From Leucoraja ocellata (lineage: Eukaryota): DNA of 64,000 nt. Each line of letters starts with the position of its first letter. Within the stretch, counting starts at the first letter, position 1. The stretch covers positions 1,364,001-1,428,000 of the forward strand of contig JAWMAR010000491.1 of NCBI GenBank assembly GCA_036785375.1, given 5' to 3'. The notes below the pieces were generated by a model that searched no databases, was not told the DNA's origin, and was given only the letters and a program-made list of their open reading frames with translations. A program made the translations under genes and the position numbers. This document shows positions 13,874-27,213 of the stretch, piece by piece.

Positions 13874-14329
13874 CTAAAAGGGATAGAAAAAAATGAATGC
13901 TCACTGAAACAAAACATTTACAATATTATTATACAATCAAATAGTACATAAAGGGGTCAGTTATACTCCATTGAGTATTGTCAACACTTCTGAAGGAATG
14001 ATCCAACTTTTCGATTCTTTCCCTGTAGCACGAAAAGTTTTCTCTTTGCAAGTAAATAAACAATCCTTTCATGAAAGTCAGTACTAAATCAACTTCCACC
14101 ACCCTTTCAGACAGTGTATTGTATTCAATATATTGTCATTATCTCATAAGAGACAACGAAATGGATTTTCCTTACAGTCAAGTACCATAAAATAAATAAT
14201 TTAAAAAAAACCATATTTAAAAAAAACTCAAACAGAGAAGTCCACGACACAACATAACCCCACAGTGGCACCAAAGTTGAGGAAGGTACCATAGTCCAGC
14301 CAGCCTCCCCGCCGATCTCTTTTGAAAAC

Positions 14330-15460
14330 ATCCAGTGAATTGGCCTCCACTGCTTTCTATGGTAGAGAATTCCACAGATTCACAACTCTCTGGGTGAAGA
14401 CATTTTTCCTCTTCTCAGTCCTAAATGGCGTACCCCTTATTCTTAAACTGTGACCCCTGGTTCTGGACTCCCCCAACATCAGAAACATTTTACCTGCATG
14501 TAGCCTGTCCAATCCTTTAAGAATTGTATACGTTTCTATAAGATCTCCTCTCATCCTTCTAAATTCTAGTGAGTACAAGCCCAGTCACCCCATTCGTTCA
14601 TCATATGCCAGTCCCGCCATCCCGGGAATTAACCTGGTGCGCACTTACGCAGCACTCCCTCCATAGCAATAATGTCCTTCCTTAAATTAGGAGGCCAAAA
14701 TTGCACACAATGCTCACCAAAGTGCGGTCTCACCAAGGCCCTGCACAACTGCATTTGGACCTCTTTGTTCCTAAACTCAAATCCTCTCGCAATGAAGGCC
14801 AACATGCCATTAGCTATTTTCACTGCCTGCTGTACCTGCATGCTTACTTTCAGTGACTAATGTACAAGCACACCCAGGTCTCATTGCATCTCCCCTTTTC
14901 CTAATCTGACATAATTCAGATAATAATCTGCCTTCCTATTCTTGCCACCAAAGTGGATAACCTCACATCTATCCACATTATACTGCCATCTGCCCACTCA
15001 ACCTACCTTTCCAAGTCACCCTGCAGCCTCATAGCATCCTCATCGCAGCTCACACTGCCACCCAGCTTTGTGTCATCCGCAAACTTGGAGATGTCACATT
15101 TAATTCCCTCGACTAAATCGTTTATTTTGTAAATAACTGGGGTCCCAGCACCAAGACTTGCGGCACCCCACTAGTCAGTGCCTGCCATTCTGAAAAGAAC
15201 CTGTGAATTCATACTCTTTGCTTCCTGTCTGCCAGCCAGTTCTCTATCCATGCCAATACCCCCAATACCATGTGCTCTAATTTTGAACACAAATGGCTTG
15301 TGTGGGACCTTGTCAAAGGCTTTTTGAAAGTCCAGGTACTCCACATACACTGGCTTTCCCTTATCCATTCTACTCGTTACATCCTCAACAAATTCCAGAA
15401 GATTAGTCAAGCATGATGTCCATGCTTCATAAATCCATGCTGACTTCGACTGATCCTGTC
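14330..15460 (-). mobile_element. CR1 LINE RT fragment (intronic)
   Basis: [32 protein letters not shown] motifs in broken ORFs. Confidence 0.9.
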
Positions 15461-16139
15461 AGTTATTCAAAGATTCAAGGCAATTGTGAGGAAAGTTGTT
15501 GCTGAAGATTATTCTAGAGGAGCCACATAGATTTACCAGAGCAACCTCAGCACCTCAGGGGTGAAAGGGCAGAGGACAATTCAATTTCTCACATTCCGAA
15601 CAATTACTTTTAATGCATTTCTAAACTCCGGATAATATGGACATATTCTTCTATAAAGCCTTTCTGCCAAGGAAACAATCCAGTAAACCTTCAATACACC
15701 TTCCCTGAGAACAAATATAAATAAGGTAAAGAGGTTGCAGTATTCCAAGTGTAGTTGCACCAAAGTCCTCACTACTCTGCTCTATGCTCCCTGCAATAAA
15801 GGCCAAGGCTCTGCATGTCTTTCTGATCAATCAGTACACCCACATTAACTGCCTCTTGACACAGTTCACATTGGGACACAGCTAAAAATTTGCTTGACAT
15901 GTGGCAAAACTCCATTAGTGCCTGTCATTCTCCTCTTAAATATAGCCTCTTGTTGAAAAGTTTCTCCATGATGCATCAATGAGCAATGCTTGGAAGTCTC
16001 ATTTACTAGAGCAGACTCCCCAGAGAATCCCATGTTGTCTCTTGATGTACACCTGGAAATAACTTGATGCAAACTGCCAAGCTAGCTGTCAGCGACAAGC
16101 ATGAAATGATTCCAAAGATTCCTTCAAAATTAAGCTGAT

Positions 16140-17560
16140 CATAGAAACATAGAAAATAGGTGCAGGATGAGGCCATTCGGCCCTTCGAGCCAGCACCGCC
16201 ATTCATTGTGATCATGGCTGATCATCCCCTATCAATAACCCGTGCCTGCCTTCTCCCCATATCCCTTGACTCCAGTAGCCCCTAGAGCTCTATCTAACTC
16301 TCTCTTAAATCCATCCAGTGACTTGGCCTCCACTGCCCTCTGTGGCAGAGAATTCCATAAATTCACAACTCTGAAAAAGTTTTTTCTCACCTCAGTCTTA
16401 AATGACCTCCCCTTTATTCTAAGTGGCCCCTGGTTCTGGACTCACCCAACATTGGGAACATTTTTTGTCCAGTCCTTTTATAAATTTATATGTTTCTATA
16501 AGATCCCCCTCATCCTTCTAAACTCCAGTGAATACAAGCCTAGTATTTTCAATTTTTCCTCATATGACAGCCTCTAGGGGCGCTGCACTGGCAGCAGCCT
16601 CTACCCTAACGTCTGTTATATCAATCTTTTTTAAAATTTTTAATTAGTCTAAAGTTTTGTGTTGGGGGAAACTTTAACTTTTCTATGTGGGGGAGGGAGA
16701 TAAGGGGGAAACCGTCTCCCAGTCTCTTCCTGGCGGGAACGCGACTATTTCTCCAAGTCGCGTCCTCGCCCCCCACCTCGCGGCCTACCAGCTGGATCGG
16801 AGCGGCCTTTCCTGCCGGGGACCGGGAACCGGACCGGGGCTGCTACAGCGGTGGCGCAGCGCTGGAGTCACCGTGGAGCGGGCGATGCCTACCTGGGTCG
16901 CCATTTGGAGCTCCGGAGCGTTGGGCCGTTGCTCCAACATCGTGGAGCTCTGGTGCGGAGAGCTTACAACGCGGGCGGCGCTGAACGACGTCGTGGAGTC
17001 CTGGGGCGCCTTGCAGAGGACCGCCAGCAGCAGTCTCCACCCGGCGCGGCCTACGGACTTTGGGAGCCGCCGACTCCGGTAGGAGGGGGCCGACTCTGTG
17101 TCCACGCCGCTGAGGATGTGCCGCAGCCCTGACGTCGGACTTGTATCACCTCGGCGAGCGGTCCTGGACATCGGGCCGCCCGTAGCTGCAACTGTAGAGG
17201 GCTTGGGGAGGCCCTGACCACGGGGAACAGTGGAGGAAGAAACTGACTTTGGTGCCTTCCCACACAGTGGGAAACTATGATTCTGCTGTGTGGGGATGTT
17301 TTATGTCAAATGCTATAGTGTGTGTTCTTTATTTTTTTTATTGTATGGCTGTATGGGAATTTCATTTCCCTGTGCCATCTGGCACATGCGACAATTAAAT
17401 GTATCTTGTATCTTGAATCTCTTGAATCTTGAGTCCCGCCATCCCAGGGATTAATCTCGTGAACCTACGCTGCACTGCCTCAATCACAAGGATGTCCTTC
17501 CTTAAATTAGGAGACCAAAACTGTACACAATACTCTAGATGTGGTCTCACCAGAGCCCTA
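16140..17560 (-). mobile_element. CR1 3' fragment, split by a GC-rich insertion
   Basis: CR1 sequence 'catatgacag|tcccgccatccc' is split between about 16570 and 17432. Confidence 0.85.
16571..17431 (+). mobile_element. GC-rich non-autonomous retroelement (SINE-like) with (tcttg[t/a]a)n tail
   Basis: Interrupts a CR1. Shares 5' and internal motifs (aacatcgtggagct, gccttcc..cacagtg) with the elements at 18418-20223 and 63460-64000. Confidence 0.6.
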
Positions 17561-18417
17561 TACATTCACATTTAATACTATCACATTTAATGCAAGCTCG
17601 CAATTTATTTTATATCATCAAATATGTTAGAAAACGTCTTGCAAAGGGATCTTATGGCGTTGATGGTATCCGCCAGACAGGAAAATTGGAAGCATTCAAT
17701 GCGCCTGATGAAATATCAAACAAAAGCTGCTGAGTGGCTTATGGAGAGGTGTGGTTCCTCACTCGTAGTGATGTCATTCATGTATGAAGCAGTAAAACGC
17801 CTTTCTGGAGACGTTTTGCATTACAACAAATTTCACATTTAAAACAAAACCTTTTGGGAAAGTTAAATGTAATCCTCCCAGACCAAATGGGTGGCTCCAT
17901 AGATAACGAAGGGATCAAATCAACTGGCATAGATGATACAATGAACTATTTTATATAGGAAATGATTTCCTGTTGCATGCCAATCGCAAGCAATCTCAGT
18001 CAAACAACCTTCACTGTTTGTTAACACACTAGGCTCACTTCCAGATGCTTTGGCTAATAACCGACCAAATTACATGCATGTGTTGCAGGCCCAACAATTC
18101 TGACATGGTCTAAACTAAACAGTACATTTTGTTCTGCCAACCGAGCTTTAAACTATCCAACCACAAACAAACTATTGCCAGATGGAATGGCAGACTTTTG
18201 AACATTATTCATATAGAATTATTAAAATGGATTCCAAAGAAATTCAAATTTAAAAAAAATTAAAACGGCTCCCAGAAAAATCGATTGTGATAGTTTACAC
18301 AAAATCAAAAACGCATCTGCACTAACTGATCACTTCACAGACATTTAAAAATGTTATATGCACCAAGAATTACTTGCTGTTGCAGAAGGCTGTGGAGGCC
18401 AAGGCAATGTATTATGG

Positions 18418-20223
18418 GCAATGGCTGCCTCGCCAACAGTCTGTCTCGTCCTTTTCCTTCTTTGTTGTTTTTTACTATGTGTTAAATGTATGTTTTAGTG
18501 TTCTTTAGTTTGTTTTATGTGTGGGGGGGGGGGGGAAACTTATTTACTCTCTTACCTCAACGGAGATGCAATTTCTTTCCGTATTGTATCTCCGTCCGCA
18601 ATGCGGCCTAACATCGTGGAGCTGGCGGCCTCTGCTGGGGACCGACCTTGGGAGCTCCAACCCGGGGAGCCTGCGGACTTTAACATCGTGGAGCTTGCGG
18701 CCCCTGGTTAGGGTCCGACTTCGGGAGTTCCAAGCTGCTGGAGCTTCGACCGCCCCGATCATCGGAGCTTCGATCGCCCCGACGTGGGAGCTCATATCGC
18801 CAGCTGAGGGAGCTTCAATCGCCCAGACTGCGAATGGTTCGACTGCCCCGGCCGCGGGAGAATAAGGAGGGAAGAAGATTAGACTTCATTGCCTTCCATC
18901 GTAGTGAGGAATGTGGTGGATGTTTATGTTACCTTTTATGTAGTCATAGAAACATAGAAATTAGGTGCAGGAGTAGGCCATTCGGCCCTTCGAGCCTGCA
19001 CCGCCATTCAATATGATCATGGCTGATCATCCAACTCAGTATCCCGTACCTGCCTTCTCTCCATACCCCCTGATCTCCTTAGCCACAAGGGCCACATCTA
19101 ACTCCCTCTTAAATATAGCCAATGAACTGGCCTCAACTACCCTCTGTGGCAGAGAGTTCCAGAGATTCACCACTCTCTGTGTGAAAAAAGTTCTTCTCAT
19201 CTCGGTTTTAAAGGATTTCCCCCTTATCCTTAAGCTGTGACCCCTTGTCCTGGACTTCCCCAACATCGGGAACAATCTTCCTGCATCTAGCCTGTCCAAC
19301 CCCTTAAGAATTTTGTAAGTTTCTATAAGATCCCCTCTAAATCTTCTAAATTCTAGAGTATAAACCAAGTCTATCCAGTCTTTCTTCATAAGACAGTCCT
19401 GACATCCCAGGAATCAGTCTGGTGAACCGTCTCTGCACTCCCTCTATGGCAATAATGTCCTTCCTCAGATTTGGAGACCAAAACTGTACGCAATACTCCA
19501 GGTGTGGTCTCACCAAGACCCTGTACAACTGCAGTAGAACCTCCCTGCTCCTATACTCAAATCCTTTTGCAATGAAAGCTAACATACCATTCGCTTTCTT
19601 TACTGCCTGCTGCACCTGCATGCCTACCTTCAATGACTGGTGTACCATGACACCCAGGTCTCGCTGCATCTCCCCCTTTCCCAATCGGCCACCATTTAGA
19701 TAATAGTCTGCTTTCCCGTTTTTGCCACCAAAATGGATAACCTCACATTTATCCACATTATACTGCATCTGCCAAACATGTGCCCACTCACCCAGCCTAT
19801 CCAAGTCACCTTGCAGTCTCCTAGCATCCTCCTCACAGCTAACACTGCCCCCCAGCTTAGTGTCATCCGCAAACTTGGAGATATTGCCTTCAATTCCCTC
19901 ATCCAGATCATTAATATATATTGTAAATAGCTGGGGTCCCAGTACTGAGCCTTGGGGTACCCCACTAGTCACTGCCTGCCATTGTGAAAAGGACCCGTTT
20001 ACTCCTACTCTTTGCTTCCTGTTTGCCAGCCAGTTCTCTATCCACATCAATACTGAATCCCCAATGCCTTGTGCTTTAAGTTTGTACACTAATCTCTTAT
20101 GTGGGACCTTGTCGAAAGCCTAGTCGTGTGTCTTGTTGCTTTTTTTAGTATGGCTGTCTGGTAATTGAATTTCACTGTCACTTAATTGGTACAAGTGACA
20201 ATAAAAGACATTTGAACCTTTGA
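18418..20223 (+). mobile_element. GC-rich SINE-like element (same family), split by a CR1
   Basis: Start atggctgcctcgccaacagtctgtctcgtcc; tail gtgacaataaa..tttgaacctttgaa. The halves rejoin across TSD TAGTC. Confidence 0.6.
18946..20120 (-). mobile_element. Young CR1 3' fragment
   Basis: RT C-terminus (GVPQGSVLGP, KFADD); 5-bp TSD TAGTC at 18941-18945 and 20121-20125. Confidence 0.95.
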
Positions 20224-20752
20224 AGGCAGGAGAATGGGGTTAAGAAGGAAAGGTAAATCAGGCATGATTGAATAACATAGTAGACTTGATGGGCCGAATG
20301 GACTTGCTATCCATGAAGTACACTGCAAGGCTGCGCAAAAAGCAAAAAGCAAAACTGATTGTTTGAAAGAGAAATGTTGACCGAGAGAATTCTCTGATCT
20401 TGTTTGAAATGACAGAATGGGTGTACATGTAGTGTTTAATATTCCATCAAATGAAGGCACTGTTGACAATGTAGCACTCTCTTCAGTAAAATACTTTCTG
20501 CTTTATCTTTGAATCAAACCCATAAACATCCAACTCAGCGATGTGTATAATGAACTGTCAAGATGAAGTCTCAAAGCTGTGTAGAAATCTTTGACATAGC
20601 AGTCTTTCCAAAGGGCAGATAAATCACAGGTCACTAATTGTTTGGCTGTTTCTAAAGAAGCATCAATGAAGACTAAAGTTCCTGTACATGGCTACAGAGA
20701 TCTGCACCAAATTTCACTTATTGGTCATTTGTGTGGCAAGCATTTCCAGTTG

Positions 20753-21105
20753 TAAGTACAAGTATAATATGGTGCAACACAACTCTGGAATTAAACCGAT
20801 TCACGAACAGGGTAATGGGTGTGGTGAGAAATGAAGCAGGTATATCAACACATAAGGATCTTTTTTTCTTTATTATTTTTGTTTTTTGTCTTCTTACTCT
20901 TCAATAGGCTTTTACTTGTTCATTCCTGGACTGCACCATCTGCTAGTCTAGGGGTTTACACATCACTATTTCTTTCACTCTCTCTTTCTTGCTCTTTCTC
21001 TCTTGTTCTAATTTTCTCTTGTTAAATTTAAAATAGATGTACATTAAATGTATTTTGTCATGTGCCGCAGTCTAAACTACTGTACATTGCTTCTAATTTA
21101 AAAAA
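20753..21105 (+). mobile_element. L1/Tx1-type retroposed 3' fragment with A tail
   Basis: 15-bp direct repeat AAGCATTTCCAGTTG at 20738-20752 and 21106-21120; insert ends in an A run. Confidence 0.65.
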
Positions 21106-21344
21106 AAGCATTTCCAGTTGCAGAGTCTTACAATCCCGTGTCATTTCAGAAAACAGGACAGAATCTATCATGTCCGAGACCGGACCATTATATTGACCAA
21201 AGTCAACGGTATCAAATTGTGAAAGCAGAATAAAATATACAGCCATGACCATATTGCACTTTTAAGATTAGTGATGGAGGACAATTATCTGCAACCTGGA
21301 ATTTAAAATAATAAAATATGTACGTGTTCTGGATATTAAAACAC

Positions 21345-21528
21345 TGTGGCGGCATCTGGTGGTTCGGCCATTTGCTACACGAACCATCGGCAGTCGGGGG
21401 GGGAGTCACGTGACTGGGCAATGGCGGGAAGGAGTTGTCATGCGGTATAGGGGTGTGCCTTAGTATATAACGAACCCCTGGTCAACCTTCCCTCTCTGCC
21501 TTTATTCACAACGTTTGGTGCCTCTACA
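21345..21528. mobile_element. Probable solo LTR
   Basis: TGTGGCGG...CCTCTACA termini, flanks AAACAC/AAACAT, CpG-rich interior with TATATAA. Confidence 0.5.
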
Positions 21529-21647
21529 AAACATCAGTTTCTGATACACCCAAACTATGCTTCAAATGAGGACAATTTTTCAGATGAAATCAATCTGAAG
21601 AAGGGTCCCAACCCAAAATGTCATGTGTCCATTTTCTTCCACTGATG

Positions 21648-22030
21648 AAACATAGAAAATAGGTGCAGGAGGGCGCCATTCGGACCTTCGAGCCAGCACC
21701 GCCATTCCTTGTGATCATGGCTGAGCGTTCCCTATCAATAACCCGTGCCTGCCTTCTCGCCATATCCCTTAACTCCACTAGCCCCTAGAGCACTATCTAA
21801 CTCTCTCTTAAATCTATCCAGTGATTTGGCCTCCGCTGCCCTCTGTGGCAGGGAATTCCATAAATTCACAACTCTCTGGGTGAAAAAGTTTTTTTCTTAA
21901 ATGACCTCCCCTTTATTCTAAGGCTGTGGCCCCTGGTTCTGGACTCGCCCAACATTGGGAACATTTTTCCTGCATCTAGCTTGTCCAGTCCTTTTATAAT
22001 TTTATATGTTTCTATTAGATCCCCCTCATC
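21648..22030 (-). mobile_element. CR1 3' fragment inserted into a degenerate Penelope/hammerhead unit (about 21591-22115)
   Basis: CR1 tail gaaacatagaaaataggtgcagg. The flanking unit starts CTGAAGAAGGGTCCCAACCC and resumes gctgagttcctccagc. Confidence 0.8.
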
Positions 22031-22166
22031 CTTCTAAACTCCAGTGAATGCTACTTGGTTCGCTGAGTTCCTCCAGCACTTTGCATTTTGCTGAAGTTTC
22101 TGGTGTTTGCAGTCTGTTATGTATCCATATAAAAATATACATTCAAGCAATCAAAGCTCACAGTAC

Positions 22167-22299
22167 CTTGTTTAGAGCATCAAGAACCTCTTCACTTATA
22201 TTTAGGCAGCTGAGTTGCTGACTGATCTCTTCTTGCATAGCCTGGTTCCTCTCCAGAGCAAATGACGACTGCTGAGACTTCATCACCTGCAACAGAAGC
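22167..22299 (-). CDS. C8orf76: C8orf76 homolog exon 5
   Basis: AG/GT bounded, 133 nt; (R)LLLQVMKSQQSSFALERNQAMQEEI versus human RLLLQFTQPQQTSFALERN. Confidence 0.9.
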
Positions 22300-23715
22300 C
22301 TGAGCCCAGATGGTTTCACAAGTTAGTCTCTAAAAATGCAAAGAAAGCTGCTTCAGATAGTAAAAGGCAAAGTCCACTCATTCCCAGTGCATCTTGCGTT
22401 GATGAGTTGAAACACATTTTAATTGCTCCACTCAAACTCAAGACAAATTGAATTTAGGAGCAGAAACTTTTCAAAAGGTTACTTTTAAGGCAACTATTTT
22501 AGAATATTTCTAGATTTGGGCAGTAAATGCACTCAGTACATTGTAGGGAACATGCTTGGCAACAACAGAGAGCAATTTGCTGTGTCACACTCATAAGGAA
22601 GGGATTTTGGAATGCAGGAACCATTAAGACAGGCATCAATTAATATTTCTATCTCTATATTGGAATATTTTGAAAAATAGGTTCAAGCAGAACAATGAGA
22701 TTACAAGGAGAATGTGGCAATGACAAAGAAAACCATTGTTTCAAAACAAAGTGTAATATTTCCAGAAGAATAAGGATGGGTCTAAGATGTTCAGCATCAT
22801 TGATGCTCATAGTAGCTGGTAACTCAGATGGTAGAGCAACATTCTGAGAAAAGCAGAGACCAGCCTTTTCAGCTTTTGGTGTTTAAATTTGGGTTCAAAT
22901 CCCAGCAATGCAGCAGCTGGGATCAGGAATAAAAAGGCTGGCATCGACAACAGTGACCATGTGCTGTTGCTATTGCAAAAACTCATTTGGTTCACTAACG
23001 TCTTATTGAAAAGGATATCTGCCATCTAGTCTATGTATGACATAACAACTGTTCTCCATCAACACTGTTAAATTCAATTAGGGATGGACAATAAATGTTG
23101 CCCTTCTATTGATTCTATTTTTCTATTAATGAACACAAATCACCATCAGATCTTTAAAGTGTTCAGTTTGCAGATGACAGCATTTATAAATAACATGCAA
23201 AGGAAAATTTAGGAGGAGCAGAACGGAGAAAGTAGCCTTCTCCTTCAAGCTGCACAATATCCTGTAATAGTAGAGAAATAATGCATAAGAGGAAAATGGT
23301 CTAGATGTTAACGTTCAGAACTTAAAAGAGATAAAAAGAGATGGTGGAAATACTCAGCAGGTGAGTCTGTGCCTGTGGAAGAGAAACAGAAAGATGATTG
23401 ATTTGAAATGTTGACTGCGTTTGTCTCTCCACAGATACTGCTTGACCTGCTGAGTATTTCCAACTTATGTCTGTTAAATGGCCGACGCAGACACGAGGAA
23501 CTGCAGGTCTTGTGTAGAACAGAAGTGCTGGGGGAACTCAGCGGGTAGACAGCATCTCTGGAGAACATGGCTAGGCAACGTTTTGATTCTGAAGAAGAAT
23601 CCCAACCTGAATGCCATCTATCCACATCCTCCAGATTTGCTGCCTGACCCACTGAGTCCTCCAGCACTTTGTGTTCTGATAAATGGCCAATGTAGTTCAC
23701 ACTCTAAAGGCATAC

Positions 23716-24254
23716 CTTGTTCTGACAAAGGAGGAACATGCAAAATGCCCCAGGTCTCCTCCAGTTGTGGACTTGATTTCAATGTTATTCCCGACAGTTG
23801 GATAGGAAAATGGAACATTTCCTGATTCAAATGGTTGCTTTCGACAGCTTGTCAACATCAGGACTGAAATCTTCTCTGTGGACTCACTTGCAGGACGGAC
23901 TGACTGCTGTTCACAAACCATAGACATGGGAGATCTTTTGCTCACATCTTGATGCTGTGCATTGCCTTGTTCAATTTTACAGGTTTCCGTCTCTCTTGCT
24001 GACTGCTGTGATGTTTTGAAGCCGTGCCTGTCCTTGCAGTCTGGGACAGATGGTGCTGTTAAAGACGACAACGCTTGATTGAGACCTAGGTAAACTTCAG
24101 CTAGTTTCTTCCAGTTCCACGGGTTGAGGGGGTGCAAGGAAATTAACTGTTGTAAACAGCAAAGTTCCTGGGTCAGATTTCCAGCATTCCGATAAATTTG
24201 AACATTGAGATTAAGAACCGTGGTGAGGTGATCGGTGTTCGTTACCATCGATCT
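23716..24254 (-). CDS. C8orf76: C8orf76 homolog exon 4
   Basis: AG/GTATGC bounded, 539 nt; TNTDHLTTVL..LISLHPLNPWNWKKLAEVYL..ACSSFVRTR. Confidence 0.92.
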
Positions 24255-24407
24255 CTTGGAAAAAATAACACATGAACAGAATTAAAAAGGTATAAGATAC
24301 GTTAGGACATGCATGGAGGGGCTCAGGGGTAATACATACTTAACTCTGCACTGTGATTAATGTTTATTGTATCTAGAATACAAAATTACAGAATGAGACA
24401 ACACAGT

Positions 24408-24505
24408 GTCTGAAGAAGGGTCGCAACCTGAAACGTCACCCATTCCTTCGCTCCAGAGATTCTGCCTTACTGAGTCCCGCTGAGTCACAGCATTTTGTGT
24501 CTACC
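24408..24505 (+). mobile_element. Penelope-like short unit with hammerhead core (24410-24437)
   Basis: CTGAAGA-A-GGGT-CGCA-ACCT-GAAACGTC (GUC cleavage triplet). Confidence 0.7.
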
Positions 24506-26149
24506 ACAGTGTTGACTGTTGGTCAATCACACTTGTGCTGAAACTTGGAAAGATTTCTCCAATTGGTTGCATTCCCCTGCAGGTTTTGCCTTCCAAACAA
24601 TTAAGAGGCACCTGGACAGGTGAGCTTAAATAAGCAAGGCAAGAAGGGCCCTGACTCAAAACATGACTATTTCCTGCAGATATGCTGCCTGATCTGCTGT
24701 GTTAATCTAGCACTTTGTGATTTACTCAAGGCACAGAGGGATATGGAATTAATGCAGGCAGGTGGGATTAGTATAGATGGACACAATGGTCAGCATAGAC
24801 TCAATGGCTCCAAGGGCCTGCTTCTATGTTATATACAACTCTATAACTATGATTACCATACACTTCAATTACATATGTTTCTGCACATTATTATAAGCTA
24901 GTTATCAATTTGTTTATTTATAATTCTTATTCCTATTTTTCACTGGACAAAGCATCTTCAATTGACTGCTATTTTTTTTCTGGGTTTGGAGCGCATGCCC
25001 AGTCTAACCTGCTGGACATGTCCCCATGCGCTGTATTTTGCAAATCCCACATCTTTGTGTCTATGCGTTCTCTCCCTCTCTCTCAACTGTGTCTATTTTA
25101 TATTGATCAGATACACCTAACCTATGGTTACTCCAGTTTTAAACCTTCAGAGACATTACCACCACACCTCTCCCCCCTCCCCCCTACCCACCCCCACGCA
25201 TTTGAAGCTTATTTTGTTTTCTTTCCAGTTCTGGCAAAGTGTCTTTGACCTGAAACGCTAGTTCCGCTTCCCTTCCACAGATACAGCCTGGCCACTGAGT
25301 ATTTCCAGGCTTTTCTGATTTTGCTTGAGACTTCCAGCATTTGCAGTATTTTTAAATTGCACGGGCCTTTTTCAACATCACTTGGCTAACCTGCACAGTT
25401 GGTATGCCTTGAATCTGTGTCCCTGTCCAGCAGTTTCAGCTGGAGCTGGAACTTGGTGCATGCACGAGTAATGAAATGGGGTCCACTACTCCAACACTAC
25501 ACAGTACAGCAAATCCACGTCACTCATTGCAAACATTTCTCATCAGAAACTGAATTCATTAGATTTTAATTTTAGTTTTAGAGATACAGCATGAAAACAG
25601 GCCCATCAGCCCACGCTGACCATTGATCACCCATACATTAATTGTATGTTATCCTACATTTTTCACACAAGGGGCGATTTACAGAAACCAATTAACCTAC
25701 GAACCTGCATGTCTTCTGAAATGGGAGGAAACCGGAGCACCCAGAGAAAAACCACATTCACAGGGAGAACATACAAACTCTGCACAGACAGCAGCCATAC
25801 TTAGGATTGAAGCCAGATTTCTGGCACTGCGAGGCAAAAAATGAAAAGGCACTTTCTAAGATCCTGTGGTTGCTGGGCTGATATCCATTCTTTAAAAGTG
25901 TCAGCTTAGAATAATATTTTACTTTCTAGAATTTACACATTGTGTTACATATTTCTAATACCTGTACTACCAATCAGCTACATTCATTTTTGAAGCAGTT
26001 TGAAACCTCCACTCAAGACGGTTTCTCACCCCGGGGTGCCACTTTCAGGACTGCATGAATAGTGATGGATTGGCCAATAATGATCAAGCCTCTAGCATTT
26101 GATCCTTCCAACTCACAGGTGATAATGCCACTCTAAGTCACTTTGTTAT

Positions 26150-26590
26150 ACCATATAACCATATAACAATTACAGCACGGAAACAGGCCATCTCGGCCCC
26201 ACAAGTCCGTGCCGAACAACTTTTTTCCCTTAGTTCCACCTGCCTGCACTCATACCATAACCCTCCATTCCCTTCTCATCCATATGCCTATCCAATTTAT
26301 TTTTAAATGATACCAACGAACCAGCCTCCACCACTTCCACTGGAAGCTCATTCCACACCGCTACCACTCTCTGAGTAAAGGAGTTCCTCCTCATGTTACC
26401 CCTAAACTTCTGTCCCTTAATTCTGAAGTCATGTCCTCTTGTTTGAATCTTCCCTATTCTCAAAGGGAAAAGCTGATCCACATCAACTCTGTCTATCCCT
26501 CTCATCATTTTAAAGACCTCTGTCAAGTCCCCCCTTAACCTTCTGCGCTCCAGAGAATAAAGAATAAAGACGTAACTTATTCAACTTATA
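26150..26590 (-). mobile_element. CR1 3' fragment
   Basis: ORF 26230-26526 'EVFKMMRGIDRV..TRGH'. Confidence 0.9.
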
Positions 26591-26661
26591 CACGACTGTA
26601 CAATTCACAAATGTCAAATGTAATTTAATTCTGCACTGCCATGGTTATGAGTATGACTAAC

Positions 26662-26805
26662 CAATTTTTGTGCTATATCCAAGGCATCTTTTCCTCTGCC
26701 AAGATAACTTAGACAACGAGCTTGAGCCTCCTGCATGTCTCTTCTGAGAGCTATGTTTGTGTCTGGAACAAGAGCCAGGCTACTGGTGTATTCTCGTAAT
26801 GCTTT
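26662..26805 (-). CDS. C8orf76: C8orf76 homolog exon 3
   Basis: CAG/GTTAGT bounded, 144 nt; KALREY..RRDMQEAQARCLSYLGR (TPR-like). Confidence 0.92.
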
Positions 26806-27117
26806 CTGTAAAAACAAAGGGTGTAGTACAATAATCACGAAACAGTCTTTGTTACTCAAATGAAAATTTTTAATATACTATTTAGGCAATTACAAAAACA
26901 TACTAAAGTTAAAGATAATAATGTTTGGTTTTATTCCAAATTGAAAACTTTATGCCGATGCAAAAACAAGATTACATGTGCTTTTTTTTCTGGCCACTCG
27001 ACTGAAGGGACAAAGAAAATGATGCCAGTGTTAATCATTTAAGTATCTGAACAAAAATGCAAATGTCAGAAAATGTAAGAAATCTGATATGGATCGAAGG
27101 AGCACAGTTTCAGTTAC

Positions 27118-27213
27118 CTGATAATCCTGACGCTTGAATGCCAGGTCTCCGCGGAACTTCAGTGCAGTCAGCTTCTCCACCTCGTCAGCTGTTGAGAGTT
27201 CATCCACAAACCA
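27118..27213 (-). CDS. C8orf76: C8orf76 homolog exon 2
   Basis: CAG/GTAACT bounded, 96 nt; WFVDELSTADEVEKLTALKFRGDLAFKRQDYQ versus human WFYEE..KFKGDLAYRRQEYQ. Confidence 0.92.
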
